A stretch of DNA of 64,000 nucleotides, taken from Nitrospiraceae bacterium (GTDB taxonomy: Bacteria > Nitrospirota > Nitrospiria > Nitrospirales > Nitrospiraceae). The notes below the pieces were generated by a model that saw only the letters and a program-made list of their open reading frames with translations, made no database searches and was not told the origin of the DNA. The stretch covers positions 103,088 through 167,087 of the forward strand of contig JBFWWG010000010.1 in NCBI GenBank assembly GCA_050246315.1, in the 5' to 3' direction. Shown in pieces: positions 52,330 to 64,000 of the stretch (within the stretch, counting starts at the first letter, position 1; every line of letters begins with the position of its first letter). The position numbers and the translations under genes were made by a program.

Positions 52330-52680
52330 GCACCCGGTCCCACTGCGGCCATGGAGCGAGCGTACTCTCGAATACTCCTACCGAGCTTGCTTGCTATCTC
52401 TTCTCAGGAAAGGTGGCCTGATTGGTCCCTAATTGCGCGCATCACGACCCGTTGCATCGGCAGAGCAACGGGTCCCCCGGCCACTTCCGAGGGCGCGGCC
52501 TCTGCGAGCACAGAAACCATACCAGCCGCCTCGCCCCCTCTTTGCGCGTTGTGCGAGCATTACGATGCTCCTTCCAAGCTCGCTCGTTGTCTCTTTTCCT
52601 GGACGGGCACTCGTACTGGTCCCACTGCGGCCATGGAGCGAGCGTGCTTCCCAGCGCGCGGGCTCTGGGAGCACTGGATC
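52330..52680. repeat. Cluster of family E repeat units
   Basis: Direct repeat GGTCCCACTGCGGCCATGGAGCGAGCGT twice; matches 26276-26630; boundaries approximate. Confidence 0.7.
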
Positions 52681-52698
52681 AGTACGAGTGACCGTCTC

Positions 52699-53712
52699 TC
52701 ATTTTATCCCCACCACCATCGCATCCGGCCCCACCAGCTTCTCGACCTTCGTCCGCTTGAACCCCGCTTCCTTCATCCACCGTGTGCAGTCCGTGCCGGT
52801 GAAGTCGAAGCCGCCGGGCGTCTCGATGAGCATGTTCAGGCTCATGAGCAACCCGAACGCGTGCCGCTTGCGCCCGTCGTCGATGATGGCCTCATGCACG
52901 ATCAGCGCGCCACCGGCAGGCAGCGCCTCATAGGCCTTGCGCAGGAGCATCATCTTTTCATCAAGATTCCAGTCGTGCAGGATATGGCCCATGATCAAGA
53001 CATCCGTCTTTGGAAGCGGTTCTTTGAAAAAGTCCCCTGAGTGGAAACGCAGCCGTTTGTCCACTCCCTTCGCCTTGGCATAGTGTTCGAACACCGGCTG
53101 CACCACCGGCAAATCCATCCCGCCGCCCATGAGGTGCCGATGCGCGAGCGCGATTTCAACCGCCACCCCGCCTTGTGCGCAGCCGATATCCATGAAAGAG
53201 TGATAGCGCTTCCAAGAAAACTTTTTTGCGATGGCCCGTGCCGTCCCCTGGCTAAGACTGGTCATAGCCCTGAGAAACCCTTCCAAACGCTTCGGGTCCG
53301 CATAGAGCGTCCCGAAGAAATCCTCGCCAGTCTTTGCCTCGTTCTGCGGCTTGCCGGTGCGCAGGGCTTCGGTGAGTGAGCCCCAGAACCGGTAGAGCCT
53401 CGCATTGGACATCTCCAGCATGCCGCCGGCGTAGGAAGGCTTGGCTCGATCCAAGAACAACGCCGTTTCCGGGGTATTGCCGTAGCGGCTGCCGGTCCGC
53501 TTGAGCATACCCAGCGCCACGAGCGCGTCGAAGAAATCTCTGGCGCTCCGTGGATGGAGATTCAGGCGCTTGGTCAAGGCCTCCGCATCCAGCGGGCTTC
53601 TCGCCAGTTCCGTGAACAGGCCCAGCTCAACGGCGCTGAGCAGGGTCTTCGATCCCCAGAAAGCAAACCCGAGCTGCATGATCCGATCGGGACGTACGGC
53701 GGGTTGAGGCAT
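52699..53712 (-). CDS. O-methyltransferase (dimerisation + Methyltransf_2)
   Basis: [28 protein letters not shown]. Confidence 0.9.
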   Translation of the reverse strand: MPQPAVRPDRIMQLGFAFWGSKTLLSAVELGLFTELARSPLDAEALTKRLNLHPRSARDFFDALVALGMLKRTGSRYGNTPETALFLDRAKPSYAGGMLEMSNARLYRFWGSLTEALRTGKPQNEAKTGEDFFGTLYADPKRLEGFLRAMTSLSQGTARAIAKKFSWKRYHSFMDIGCAQGGVAVEIALAHRHLMGGGMDLPVVQPVFEHYAKAKGVDKRLRFHSGDFFKEPLPKTDVLIMGHILHDWNLDEKMMLLRKAYEALPAGGALIVHEAIIDDGRKRHAFGLLMSLNMLIETPGGFDFTGTDCTRWMKEAGFKRTKVEKLVGPDAMVVGIK

Positions 53713-53789
53713 GGCCGTGCTCCTTTATGGGAAAACCGCGCACAACCTCCGATGCTCCCTCCAAGCTTGCCGATTCTCTTCACAGTGGA

Positions 53790-53972
53790 AGGGCACTCGC
53801 GCTGGTCCTCTTGCGGCCGTCGAGCGGATATTACGATGTTCCTTCAAAGCTTGCTCGTTGATCTATCCATCCTGAGGGGCCAGCCTGATTGGTGTCCCAC
53901 TGCGCGCATTCAACGAGGCCCTTCCGAGGGCGCGCGTTGTGCGAGCACAGGACGCCGATCGGGCCGGCCCCC
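53790..53972. repeat. Family E repeat
   Basis: Aligns to 21919-22011 (CCTGATTGGTG.CCCACTGCGCGCA...GTTGTGCGAGCACAGGAC). Confidence 0.7.
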
Positions 53973-55463
<1,491 letters not shown>

Positions 55464-56046
55464 CTCGATTCCTTCCCTTTCCGATCTGATCGGCTCCGCC
55501 CGCGCTATTCCGAGAAAGCGGGAGAGCTCTCCCGTGCTTCTTTACCGAACGCTGCATCATCCATGCACCCGCCTCCGAGGTTGCGGGCGGGCAGGCGCGC
55601 GGAAGGGTGTCGGTCCTCAGGCACCTCGTGGGGATACCCATTGCGACGGGGTGCCCCATGCCCTCCCTTATGTAAAGGGTCGAGGCAATGGGGCCAACGC
55701 ATGGCGTTTACGGATACCCGTTGCTCTGTCGATGCCACGAGTGGAATGTCGAGCACCGTCATGAATACTATGGCCTAGGTACTGCCTCGCCAATCGACGA
55801 GCGCGTTGTATCACTCCCTCTTGTATCTACTTTCGCACAGCCGGAGGGACGGTCTCAATGATGGCACTCACACGGCGCGGGTGAATCGCTCCGTCCCGTT
55901 GGATCACGATGAACACAATCGCTCGGACACCGATGGCCATTCGGCGCAAGCGCAGCAGCAGATTCTACCCTGAATATCCCGCAAACCGGAGCAAATTGGT
56001 CAATGAGGGGGCGCAAGGATCGTTGATGATGGAGGAGAGTGCTGAA

Positions 56047-56074
56047 GGGCGCCGAGGCGGATGCCTCGGCGCCC
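56047..56074 (-). terminator. GC-rich hairpin after peroxidase copy 1
   Basis: Perfect 12-bp stem GGGCGCCGAGGC-GGAT-GCCTCGGCGCCC; no strong U-tract. Confidence 0.5.
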
Positions 56075-56081
56075 GTGCGGT

Positions 56082-57722
56082 TCAATTCAACGGAGGCACG
56101 ACGCCGGCAAACTTCAACAAATCGGTCATACGGAATTGTCCCGGCGTCGCCGAAGGCAACTCCGGTCTCCACCCTCGATTGGCACTCAGGTACGACGACG
56201 AATCAGCCCTCAAGAGACCGATAAATACCTCTCCCACAATGCCGCCTCCAACCGGTCCTAACCTGAGCCCGTTCTCCATCACTGCCGCCTCCTTCAGGAT
56301 GTAGTACCAGAGGGGTGTGCTTCGGTCCATGCCGTAGGGCGTCAGCTCGGAGAGTTGCGCGGGCGTGAGGGCAGGCACCTTCATGGTCTGAGCGATAGCC
56401 TGGCCCGACGGAAGACCGAAGTTGACGTGACGCATCAAATTCCGGGACGCGAGCGATTGCACCCCGTCGACCGGCAAGCCGGGGGCTGGACCTCGCGAAC
56501 CCGGAAGGAGCATAAGCACACTGGACAATTTGGTATCGATCTTCTTGTTGTTGCGCACATTGCTGTCGCCGAAGTCGAAAAAGGTTTGCCAGTCCACAAA
56601 CCGACGGGCCGCGCGCTTTCCACCTCGTAGGTCGTTCGGGTCCGTCTCGTTCGGATCGATGGTATCGTCGAAGACAAAGACAAAGACCTGAGATGCGTTG
56701 TCCACGCCGAAGTTGAGACGATAGCTCGGCCGCACCTGCGAATGACCGAACCGAAAGGCGGCCACCGAGAATTCGATTGGGATCAACGGCGCGTTGCGTC
56801 GATTACGCAGGTTCTGGGCACGTGCTGGATCGTCCACATTATAGAACGCCGGTCCCTTGCTCAGAATCGTGTCGACGCGCTCCTGCCCGATCGTCAACGG
56901 CAGATACTCGTGGACGATGATCCACTGGTAGTGCCAGCGGACCAGCCGTTGGGCCTGCTGAAAGACACGATCCGCCGGTTGCCGGGCAAAAGCCTGATCG
57001 GCGCGCAGATGGTCGATCACCGCGTTGTGAAACTTCAACATCGCCAGATGGAGCTGGGCGATGATCACATTCTCATCGTTCCGGCTATCGCCGATGAGCG
57101 CGTTCAGATTCTCATCACGCGGCAAATCATGCCGCAGCGCTCCTTTCCGTGAGACCGCTTCCGATCCGGGAAGCGGGTCCACACGAAATTTGATGTCGCC
57201 GGAACTCCGATCGTACATCTCCGGCGACTGATCAGGCCCGGCTCCGTACACGGTGTCCAGATCGAACGCCGCTGTCCGAAAGTTGGTTGTTTTTCCCGGA
57301 TCGGCCGGTTGCAACAGCGGGGACTTCAAATCCAGCGTCAGATCGTGATCCAGAAATTGGCCGAAGAAGGTGACTCCGGCCGTCATGTTGGGATTGTCCG
57401 GATTGTTCGGGCTAAACACGGTCGGGTTCGCAATCGATTGAACGGGATCGGTCAGATTGTCCGCCGCGTCGAGCAATCCACCCTTCTCCCCGAGCTTTTT
57501 TACCTTATCGCGCACCTCATCGCTGGCAGGCGCGAAGGCGGATAGGCCGGGAAACATGCGGGTGAAGGTTTCGTCAGGCTGTGAAGGCTGTCTCGGACGG
57601 TCGACGCGCAGGCTGTCTCGCCCCTGCGCAAACGCAAGGGACGAACTCAAAGATCCGATGCTAAGCGAACAGCAGAATCCGATCAGGGCAACTGAGCGCA
57701 GCTTTCCATGAGGATACGACAT
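56082..57722 (-). CDS. Secreted animal-type heme peroxidase (peroxidase-cyclooxygenase superfamily), copy 1
   Basis: Signal peptide; FGQFLDHD (distal His), DSRNDEN, FRFGHSQ (proximal His), TPLWYYILKEA. Confidence 0.9.
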   Translation of the reverse strand: MSYPHGKLRSVALIGFCCSLSIGSLSSSLAFAQGRDSLRVDRPRQPSQPDETFTRMFPGLSAFAPASDEVRDKVKKLGEKGGLLDAADNLTDPVQSIANPTVFSPNNPDNPNMTAGVTFFGQFLDHDLTLDLKSPLLQPADPGKTTNFRTAAFDLDTVYGAGPDQSPEMYDRSSGDIKFRVDPLPGSEAVSRKGALRHDLPRDENLNALIGDSRNDENVIIAQLHLAMLKFHNAVIDHLRADQAFARQPADRVFQQAQRLVRWHYQWIIVHEYLPLTIGQERVDTILSKGPAFYNVDDPARAQNLRNRRNAPLIPIEFSVAAFRFGHSQVRPSYRLNFGVDNASQVFVFVFDDTIDPNETDPNDLRGGKRAARRFVDWQTFFDFGDSNVRNNKKIDTKLSSVLMLLPGSRGPAPGLPVDGVQSLASRNLMRHVNFGLPSGQAIAQTMKVPALTPAQLSELTPYGMDRSTPLWYYILKEAAVMENGLRLGPVGGGIVGEVFIGLLRADSSSYLSANRGWRPELPSATPGQFRMTDLLKFAGVVPPLN

Positions 57723-57880
57723 ACTCCTCTCCCTCCTGGTTAGACTGTTAAGGTTGTGACCGGAACGCTGTGGCGCAAACAGGCCACAACATTGATATGA
57801 ACACGTAGTCCGCGGAACTTCGTTCGAGCCGGTTTGAGCTCAGCGTGTCGGTGAGAAAACCAGCCCTGGCATCACAATAC

Positions 57881-57895
57881 GCAATAGGTGTGCCA
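57881..57895 (-). promoter_or_regulatory. Sigma54 -24/-12 promoter for peroxidase copy 1
   Basis: Minus strand TGGCAC-ACCTA-TTGC matches the TGGCAC-N5-TTGC consensus. Confidence 0.7.
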
Positions 57896-58243
57896 CTAGG
57901 GCTGTTCTGTAGAACCCGCGCTTCTTCTCGCGCATCAATTTGGAATTCCAGACGATTCGCAATTTTAGGAGCAGGTGTTCCTGCATCGCCGACTGCGGTT
58001 GATTATCACTGCACCTGTAGGCTTGTATCTCGATGAGGTCACATCACGCGCGACGTGAAGAATTGGACGTGAAGAGCTGAGAGCGATCTGTCAATGGCCG
58101 AGTTTCCACCTCAAAGACGAGTGAGCGCGGGAATACCGTGCCTCTGATTTCACGAGAGGGTGAGATTGTTCCCGGCCGTTCCGTCTGTCATCTTGCGCGC
58201 CTTCTTTTCGTCTATCCGCATTTCACGTACCCTGCTGTCCACG

Positions 58244-59296
58244 ATGAGTCGTCAACCGCGGATTCTGACACCCAGTACCTTGTAGCCGGCACTGGGTGGA
58301 TGGTCGGACGAGGCACACCGCAACGGCGCAATCCTTTCGATCCCAACGGTGCTTGAGGCCATCAAGGATGACGGCATCGCCTTCATCACTCGCAGCATCG
58401 CGGCACTGGCGAAGAGAGCCGATGCAGCGACGATACCTCGCGATCGGTCCATTCACGAAACACTCCGCCTCCTGCAAATCCGTTCCTCCCTTACGATCCT
58501 GATCCGTTTGTCGCCGACCTTTCGCCCACCCATATCGCCTTGCTCAACAAGATCAACGTGGTGGACCGACACCTGTTGATCGTGACCTGATCACTCGAAG
58601 TGCAGGAGCGACTCCTGACGGAGCAGGATTGCCTGGCGCTCTTGGCCTGTCCGGCCGAGATTGACGGCTTGGCATTCTACAATGCAGGCCCGGTCGCTGA
58701 AGCTAGGGAAGGTCTGATCAATTCAAAATTCTAGGCCGCGATCAGCCAGATTCCCCGTCTCTTGTACACCTAGCAATCGAAATTGGGAATTATTCAGACC
58801 TTCCCTAGTCAGAGACACAAGCACCTGCAGCTCGTACCGCTCCCGCTGAGCCGGATCGGACCGACCCTGCAGACCGAACCGCTGTTGCATCAGGCGCGAG
58901 TAACAGGTCCGACCGGCATCATGCCGGCCTTGCCGTTTCTCCACGCCTATGCGCCGATGGACCCTCGTTGGTTCGATAGCCCCATGGAGTCAGCGCCTTT
59001 GTTGCTCGTACAGTATCAGGCACTCCTACGGCACGTGCAGGTGCCCACTCACCGGACGCCGGGAGGTCTGCGGGCCGGTCCCTACAATCTGCTCGTCACT
59101 CGGCAATGGATATCGGCAATGGATAATGGTGATTCCTCGATCGGCGGAATGTTTCGAAGGGCTTTCGATCAATGCGTTGGGCTTTGCGGGCGGGCTATCG
59201 GCGAAGAATGCGGCGCAAGTGGGCCTACTGCGGAGCCGTGGGCCCATGACCGCGTGGCGGCCAGTCGGCTATTCAAGACAGACTTCGGTCGGATAA
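58244..59296 (+). pseudogene. Ap4A phosphorylase II / ATP adenylyltransferase pseudogene
   Basis: Fragments GAILSIPT, NPFLPYDP...HIALLNKINVVDRHLLIVT, GLAFYNAG, SQRHKHLQ, PYNLLVTRQW, SINALGFAG; in-frame stops, frameshifts and a MITE insertion. Confidence 0.85.
58706..58805. mobile_element. 100-bp MITE with TA target duplication
   Basis: TIR GGGAAGGTCTGA / TCAGACCTTCCC flanked by TA at 58704-58705 and 58806-58807. Confidence 0.85.
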
Positions 59297-59361
59297 TAGA
59301 CGTGTCATCGTTCAGGACCTCGCAAGGCGAACACGGTTCAATAACACGCCAGCCGCGAGCT

Positions 59362-59549
59362 CGGAGCCTGCCTGATATTGCCGTTCGTGACGAGGCGAAG
59401 GAGGTGTGGTCAGATGCGAGGCCACAGGCCCGGAAAAGTCGGAGGCGTATTCGCTGGAATCCGTTGAGGATTGTTCCTGGCCGAGAACGACGCAGGTGAC
59501 CACAAATCGTTCGCCGCAGTGGAAAGGTCACTGTCGGACAGGCTTCTAG
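59362..59549. repeat. MITE-like element, family A
   Basis: GGAGCCTGCCTGA ... TCGGACAGGCTTCTAG; aligns to 20798-20987. Confidence 0.85.
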
Positions 59550-59762
59550 CCCACATTATTCATGACGGTTCGTCACGAAACCGCGAAGTCGCCACGCGAG
59601 ACGGGCGCGTGGAGATGCGAGGGAGGGAGGCATACTTGAAACTGTATGTTGACCGACCGAGCAGCGAGCCCGCCCGCCTGGCCGTGTGAAAACCACGGCC
59701 AGACTTGTCGTAACGGCGAATGCCCGGTTGCAGTAGAAGCGTTCATGAATAATGTGGGCTAG
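59546..59762. repeat. MITE-like element, family B (intact, contains an empty IS110-like target)
   Basis: Same TIRs as 10874-11121; contains GAGGCATACTTGAAAC. Confidence 0.9.
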
Positions 59763-60126
59763 TGTCCTGAGTCGGAAGTTCACCTATGCAGGGGCTTCGT
59801 CCGATGAGCCGCTGGTTCACACGAGATGTGGTATGTACCTCCTCGCCGCTTCGCTCCCTGCGGTCGCGACTGCGGAGAGGCGCGTCTTGGCGCCGGGATG
59901 GGCGGGTGAGATGGCGGCCTTTCGACCATCCTGCACGGGATTCTGATATCATCCGTGATCGGTCGCTGTGTCGCCTTTCACGGGTACTCGAACGATTTCT
60001 CAACAGCCTTCTCGATCAGTGCGGCTGAGTAGATACAAGGCACATTGTGACCCAGACAGCCGGCAGAGTCATTGTCACAGTCAAAACCCAACCCGCTCCT
60101 GTTGGATAATGGAAGAGAGTGCTGAA

Positions 60127-60154
60127 GGGCGCCGAGGCGGATGCCTCGGCGCCC
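60127..60154 (-). terminator. GC-rich hairpin after peroxidase copy 2
   Basis: Identical to 56047-56074. Confidence 0.5.
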
Positions 60155-60161
60155 GTGCGGG

Positions 60162-61826
60162 TCAATTCAACGGAGGCACGACGCCGGCAAATTTCAGCAG
60201 ATCGGTCATGCGGAATTGCCCCGGCGTCGCCGAAGGCAACTCCGGTCTCCACCCTCGATTGGCACTCAGGTACGACGAGGAATCAGCCCTCAGGAGACCG
60301 ACAAATACCTCGCCGACAATGCCGCCTCCAACCGGTCCCAACCTGAGTCCGTTCTCCATCACCGCCGCCTCCTTCAGGATGTAGTACCAGAGGGGTGTGC
60401 TTCGGTCCATGCCAAAGGAGGACAGTTCGGACAATTGCGCCGGCGTAAGGGCTGGCACCCCCATGGCCCGTGCGATGGCCTGGCCCGAAGGAATGCCAAA
60501 GTTCACATGACGCATCAAGTTCCGTGATGCGAGCGATTGCACCCCGTCGGAGGGCATCCCCGGGGCCGGGCCGCGAGATCCCAGCAGATGCATGAGCACG
60601 CTGGAGAGTTTGGTGTCGATCTTCTTATTGTTGCGCACGCTGCCGTCGCCGAAGTCGAAGAAGGTTTGCCAATCCACAAACCGGCGGGGTGCGCGCTTTC
60701 CGCCTCTCAAATCGTTAGGATCCGTCTCGTTCGGATCGATCGTGTCATCGAAGGCAAAGACGAAGACCTGAGATGCGTTGTCTACGCCGAAGTTGAGGCG
60801 ATAGCTCGGCCGAACCTGCGAATGGCCGAATCGATAGGCGGCGACCGAGAATTCAATGGGGATCAACGGCTCGTTCCGGCCGTTGCGAAATTCCCGGGAA
60901 CGCGAGCTATCGTCCACGTTGTAAAAGCGCGGTCCTCTCCTCATGATCGAATCGACGCGATCCTGCCCGATGGTCATCGGCAAAAACTCGTGCACGACAA
61001 TCCACTGGTAATGCCATCGCACCAGCCGCTGTGCCTGTTGGAACACGCGATCCGGCGCTTCCCCCGCATACCTCGGGGTAGCGCGCAGGTGGTCGACGAC
61101 CGCGTTGTGAAACCGCAGCATCGCCAGGTGGAACTGAGCGATCACCACATTTTCGTCGTTCCGGCTATCGCCGATAATGGCATTGAGATTCCCATCCCGA
61201 GGCAGGTCGTACCTCAACGCGCCTTTGCGTGAAACCGCTTGCGATCCGAGCAGCGCGTCCACGCGGAATTTGATGTCCCCCGAACTCCGATCGTAGAGTT
61301 CGGGCGAGTTATCGGGCCCTTCCCCATACACACTGTCCAGATCGAAGGCGGCCGTCCGGAAATTCGTCGTTCTTCTGGGGTCGGCCCGCTCCAATAAAGG
61401 AGACTTCAAATCCAGCGTCAGGTCATGGTCCAGGAACTGCCCGAAGAAAGTCACCCCGGCCGTCATGTTCGGGTTATCCGGATTATTCGGACTGAACACG
61501 GTGGGGTTCGTAATCGATTGAACAGGGTCGGTCAGATTGTCCGCCGCGTCGATCAATCCGCCCTTCTCCCCGAGCTTCTTCACCTTGTCCCGCATCTCAT
61601 CGCTGGCCGATGCGAAGGCGGATAAGCCGGGAAACATGCGGGTGAAGGTATCGTCCGGTTGCGTCGGCCTTGGCCGACTAAAAAAGAACAGGCTCTCGCC
61701 TCCTCTGCTATCTCCGCTGTCGCGACCTCTCTCTTGGCCCAATGCGAGCGACGCCTCCATCAAGTCGCCGACACAGAGTAATCCTGCCATGCCCATCAAC
61801 GCCCAAGGCAACTGACGCTTATTCAT
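60162..61826 (-). CDS. Secreted animal-type heme peroxidase, copy 2
   Basis: Same catalytic motifs as copy 1; different signal peptide; near-identical C-terminus. Confidence 0.9.
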   Translation of the reverse strand: MNKRQLPWALMGMAGLLCVGDLMEASLALGQERGRDSGDSRGGESLFFFSRPRPTQPDDTFTRMFPGLSAFASASDEMRDKVKKLGEKGGLIDAADNLTDPVQSITNPTVFSPNNPDNPNMTAGVTFFGQFLDHDLTLDLKSPLLERADPRRTTNFRTAAFDLDSVYGEGPDNSPELYDRSSGDIKFRVDALLGSQAVSRKGALRYDLPRDGNLNAIIGDSRNDENVVIAQFHLAMLRFHNAVVDHLRATPRYAGEAPDRVFQQAQRLVRWHYQWIVVHEFLPMTIGQDRVDSIMRRGPRFYNVDDSSRSREFRNGRNEPLIPIEFSVAAYRFGHSQVRPSYRLNFGVDNASQVFVFAFDDTIDPNETDPNDLRGGKRAPRRFVDWQTFFDFGDGSVRNNKKIDTKLSSVLMHLLGSRGPAPGMPSDGVQSLASRNLMRHVNFGIPSGQAIARAMGVPALTPAQLSELSSFGMDRSTPLWYYILKEAAVMENGLRLGPVGGGIVGEVFVGLLRADSSSYLSANRGWRPELPSATPGQFRMTDLLKFAGVVPPLN

Positions 61827-61982
61827 GATCCCCCCTATCGTTGATGTTGGTACCTGAGGCGCGCCAAGACAGTCTACGGCTGGTGCGGGCCGCTATGATG
61901 CGTATCACCGCGTAGTCTCGCGCACCCTGTGGCGAAGGGGTTTGGTGCCCGGGCGTCACAGCCCGCTCCGTCCGCCCAGGCC

Positions 61983-61997
61983 GCAAGAGGCGCACCT
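61983..61997 (-). promoter_or_regulatory. Degenerate sigma54 promoter for peroxidase copy 2
   Basis: AGGTGC-GCCTC-TTGC keeps GG-N10-GC at the position homologous to 57881-57895. Confidence 0.5.
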
Positions 61998-62240
61998 CAG
62001 ATACTTATTTGTAGAGCCCGCGCATCTTCTCGTGCATCGATTTGGAATTCCAGCCAATTCGCAATTTCCGGATCAGATCTTGCTGCGTCGTGTGCTGCGG
62101 CCGATTCCCCTCTCACCTGTAGGCCTGTATGCCGGTACGGTCTCTTTCTGGAACGACAGTGGAAGACAGAGTGTAAACGAGTGGATCCGCTTCCAGTCTG
62201 GTTCTTCTTTCCGTTTCCATTCGCGTACTCTGCTTCTACG

Positions 62241-62400
62241 ATGAGCCACCAGGCATCGTTCCTGGCGCCCGGTGCCTTGTGGCCCGCGTGGCGCGAACGG
62301 ACGGAGCAGGCTCGCCGCTGCCGCGCAATCCTTTCGATCCCAACGGCGATCGAGACCATCGAGGATCGCGGCATCACCTCCATCGACCTTCGCATTCCGG
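62241..62400 (+). pseudogene. Truncated second copy of the Ap4A phosphorylase II 5' end
   Basis: MSHQASFLAPGALWPAWRERTEQARRCRAILSIPTAIETIEDRGI parallels 58244 onward; similarity ends near 62390. Confidence 0.7.
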
Positions 62401-62547
62401 CAAGATCCTGCCCGCCAGACCGAACACCGAGGACATGAGGCCTGTAGCCGCAGCAGAATCAGATCACCGTGGCGCGGAGAATATGTACTCTACGTTTAGG
62501 TATGTACATGTTCATTCGACGGTTGAAACATGTTCATTTTCCATATC

Positions 62548-62712
62548 CCCGCTGATTCATGACGATTCGTCGCGTTGCACCCGCTGCATTAAAGAAGCAA
62601 CGGGTACCCGGCCGTCGCCCGGGTTGGACCCATTGCACGGAGACGTGCAATGGGTCCAACCCGGGGCGTCTCCGCACTTTCGTCAGGATTTTTCGTGAAT
62701 AATGCGGGTTAG
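62548..62712. repeat. Degenerate family B-like element with two hairpin modules
   Basis: ATTCATGACGATTCGT ... TCGTGAATAATGCGGGTTAG; ends at the OMP stop codon. Confidence 0.6.
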
Positions 62713-63811
62713 AAGAGGAACATCCGGAGCCCGAACGAGAGAAACACCGTATCGAGGTTCCCGGTCATGGTCGGGCCGTTGTTAATCTGAGCCGTAAAAC
62801 CCCGCGCGATCAGGTACTTTGCCTCGAGGGTTGCACAGATGTTGCTGGTCACAAAGTAATCCACCCCCACCCCGACGGTTCCCACCGGGGCGAAGTTTTC
62901 GGCCTGGATCTTTAAGGCGCTCCCGCTCGGGCTGGTATCGTTAAATTGAGCAAACCCCACTCCGGCCCCGCCGACCACGTAGGGTTCCACACGTCCATTC
63001 AGCACCGGATAGCGAAGCCGGGCTTGCAGCGTGAACGCATGGATCGCATACTCGCCGAGCTGCCCCTGATTCCCGGGCGGGAGCGCCAGCCGCATTTCGT
63101 ACCCTTCTCCGGACAACTCCAGCCCGAAAAAGCGGGTGAAGTTATACCCGGCGGAGGCGCCGAAATAGGGGTTGAGGGTGTCGAAGTAGGCAGATGTTCC
63201 GGCCATATATTGAATGCCGCCGAACGGCTGTTTCTGGGTGGGATAAGATTCATTCCATACGGAGCATAACCCTGGATTTCCACTGACGTCTGGCCGGAAT
63301 AGAAGTATTTTCCTTCAAACCCCACTGCGATATTGTCGGCGATAAAGTATTCGACACCGACCCCAACGGACCCGGCCCATACAGCGGAAATGTTGCCGTT
63401 GATCGTCAGGGACAGTCCATCCTCTTTGGGATCGTTGAACTGTGTCAGGGCTGCTCCGAATCCCGCCAGCGCGTACGGCACCAGCCGGTCGTTCAGGAGC
63501 GGATATCGAAGCCGAACCTGTGGAATGAGGGGCATGATCCCGAGTTCACCGATATCCCCGAGCTGAGGGAGCGCGACGAAGAGCTCATACGAATCCACCG
63601 CCATCTCGACGCCCAAGTAGCGGTTCAGGTTCTTCCCCAACGTGAAGCCGACGGCATCATGCGCATCCGAAAATGGGGCGCTTTCAGCAACACGCAGGGC
63701 GAAATACCAGCGTGATGTGTCACTGTCTTCAGCCTCAGCCTTCACGGGAGACAACAGCACCCACACGACCGTCCCGCAGAGCAGCGCTGCTACCTTCAAA
63801 GTCCTCCACAA
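62709..63811 (-). pseudogene. Two-domain outer-membrane beta-barrel (OmpW/OMP_b-brl-like) gene, frame-broken
   Basis: Two homologous halves (RLRYPLLNDRLVPY / RLRYPVLNGRVEPY; GVGVEYF / GVGVDYF) in different frames; first barrel lacks its last strand; C-terminal Phe. Confidence 0.7.
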
Positions 63812-63815
63812 AACG

Positions 63816-63881
63816 GGTCTCTGAGATGGGGTCAGGGTCTCTGAGATGGGGTCACTCTGAGATGTCTGAGATGGGGTCAGG
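63816..63881. repeat. Short imperfect tandem repeat (TCTGAGATGGGGTCA)
   Basis: Three full copies and one partial copy. Confidence 0.8.
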
Positions 63882-63882
63882 T

Positions 63883-64000
63883 TGAGGTGGCCCCGGAATA
63901 ACAGACACGTGAATTACGCACCACTCTCCTGCCGTTCGAACTCCTCTGGACTGCGATAGCCCAGTGCTTGATGTAACCGTTCTTGGTTGTAGAACACCTC
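63883..64000 (-). mobile_element. IS3 family element, right end (partial)
   Basis: IR-like TGAGGTGGCCCCGGAATAACAGACAC; minus-strand EVFYNQERLHQALGYRSPEEFE (integrase C-terminus), stop at 63914-63916. Confidence 0.85.

Noticed and set aside
52105..53040. 311-aa ORF and similar ORFs at 21612-22403 and 26186-26605
   Set aside because: They read through family E repeats and antisense to real genes; not credible proteins
58320..58390. Block conserved with 62320-62390, first considered a structured ncRNA
   Set aside because: It translates as the N-terminus of the Ap4A phosphorylase II pseudogene in both copies
63816..63881. Possible CRISPR array
   Set aside because: Units are about 15 bp, nearly adjacent, have no unique 25-45-bp spacers, and no cas genes are present

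Overview
GC-rich bacterial window. Gene content (DUF3365 c-heme protein, Slp and DUF3568 lipoproteins, PilZ protein, long Pfk fusion) and the intergenic repeat families suggest a Nitrospira-like genome; this is inference, not a search result. It holds about 50 protein genes, mostly signalling, envelope and stress genes (histidine kinases, PBP1B, HtrA, USP/CBS, TerC, tag, zwf). Highlights: (1) an IS110/IS621-type element (14890-16033, minus strand) whose upstream non-coding end reads as a complete bridge RNA, with target guides matching the host MITE it has split and a sigma70 promoter formed only at the circle junction; (2) a two-protease locus (16735-21591) behind a sigma54 promoter and three 22-bp-phased palindromes, where an S8 subtilase and a Nal1-like S1 protease each come with free-standing copies of their own non-catalytic domains plus a small repeat-motif peptide; (3) a CorE-like Cys-tailed ECF sigma factor heading a His-rich putative metal-response operon; (4) a histidine-phosphatase/6-phosphofructokinase fusion; (5) a tandem duplication of a secreted heme peroxidase with its sigma54 promoter and a decayed Ap4A-phosphorylase gene; (6) several TA/CTAG-flanked MITE/REP families sharing a hairpin module. 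No tRNA, rRNA or CRISPR array was recognised. Family assignments come from motifs read by eye, not database searches.
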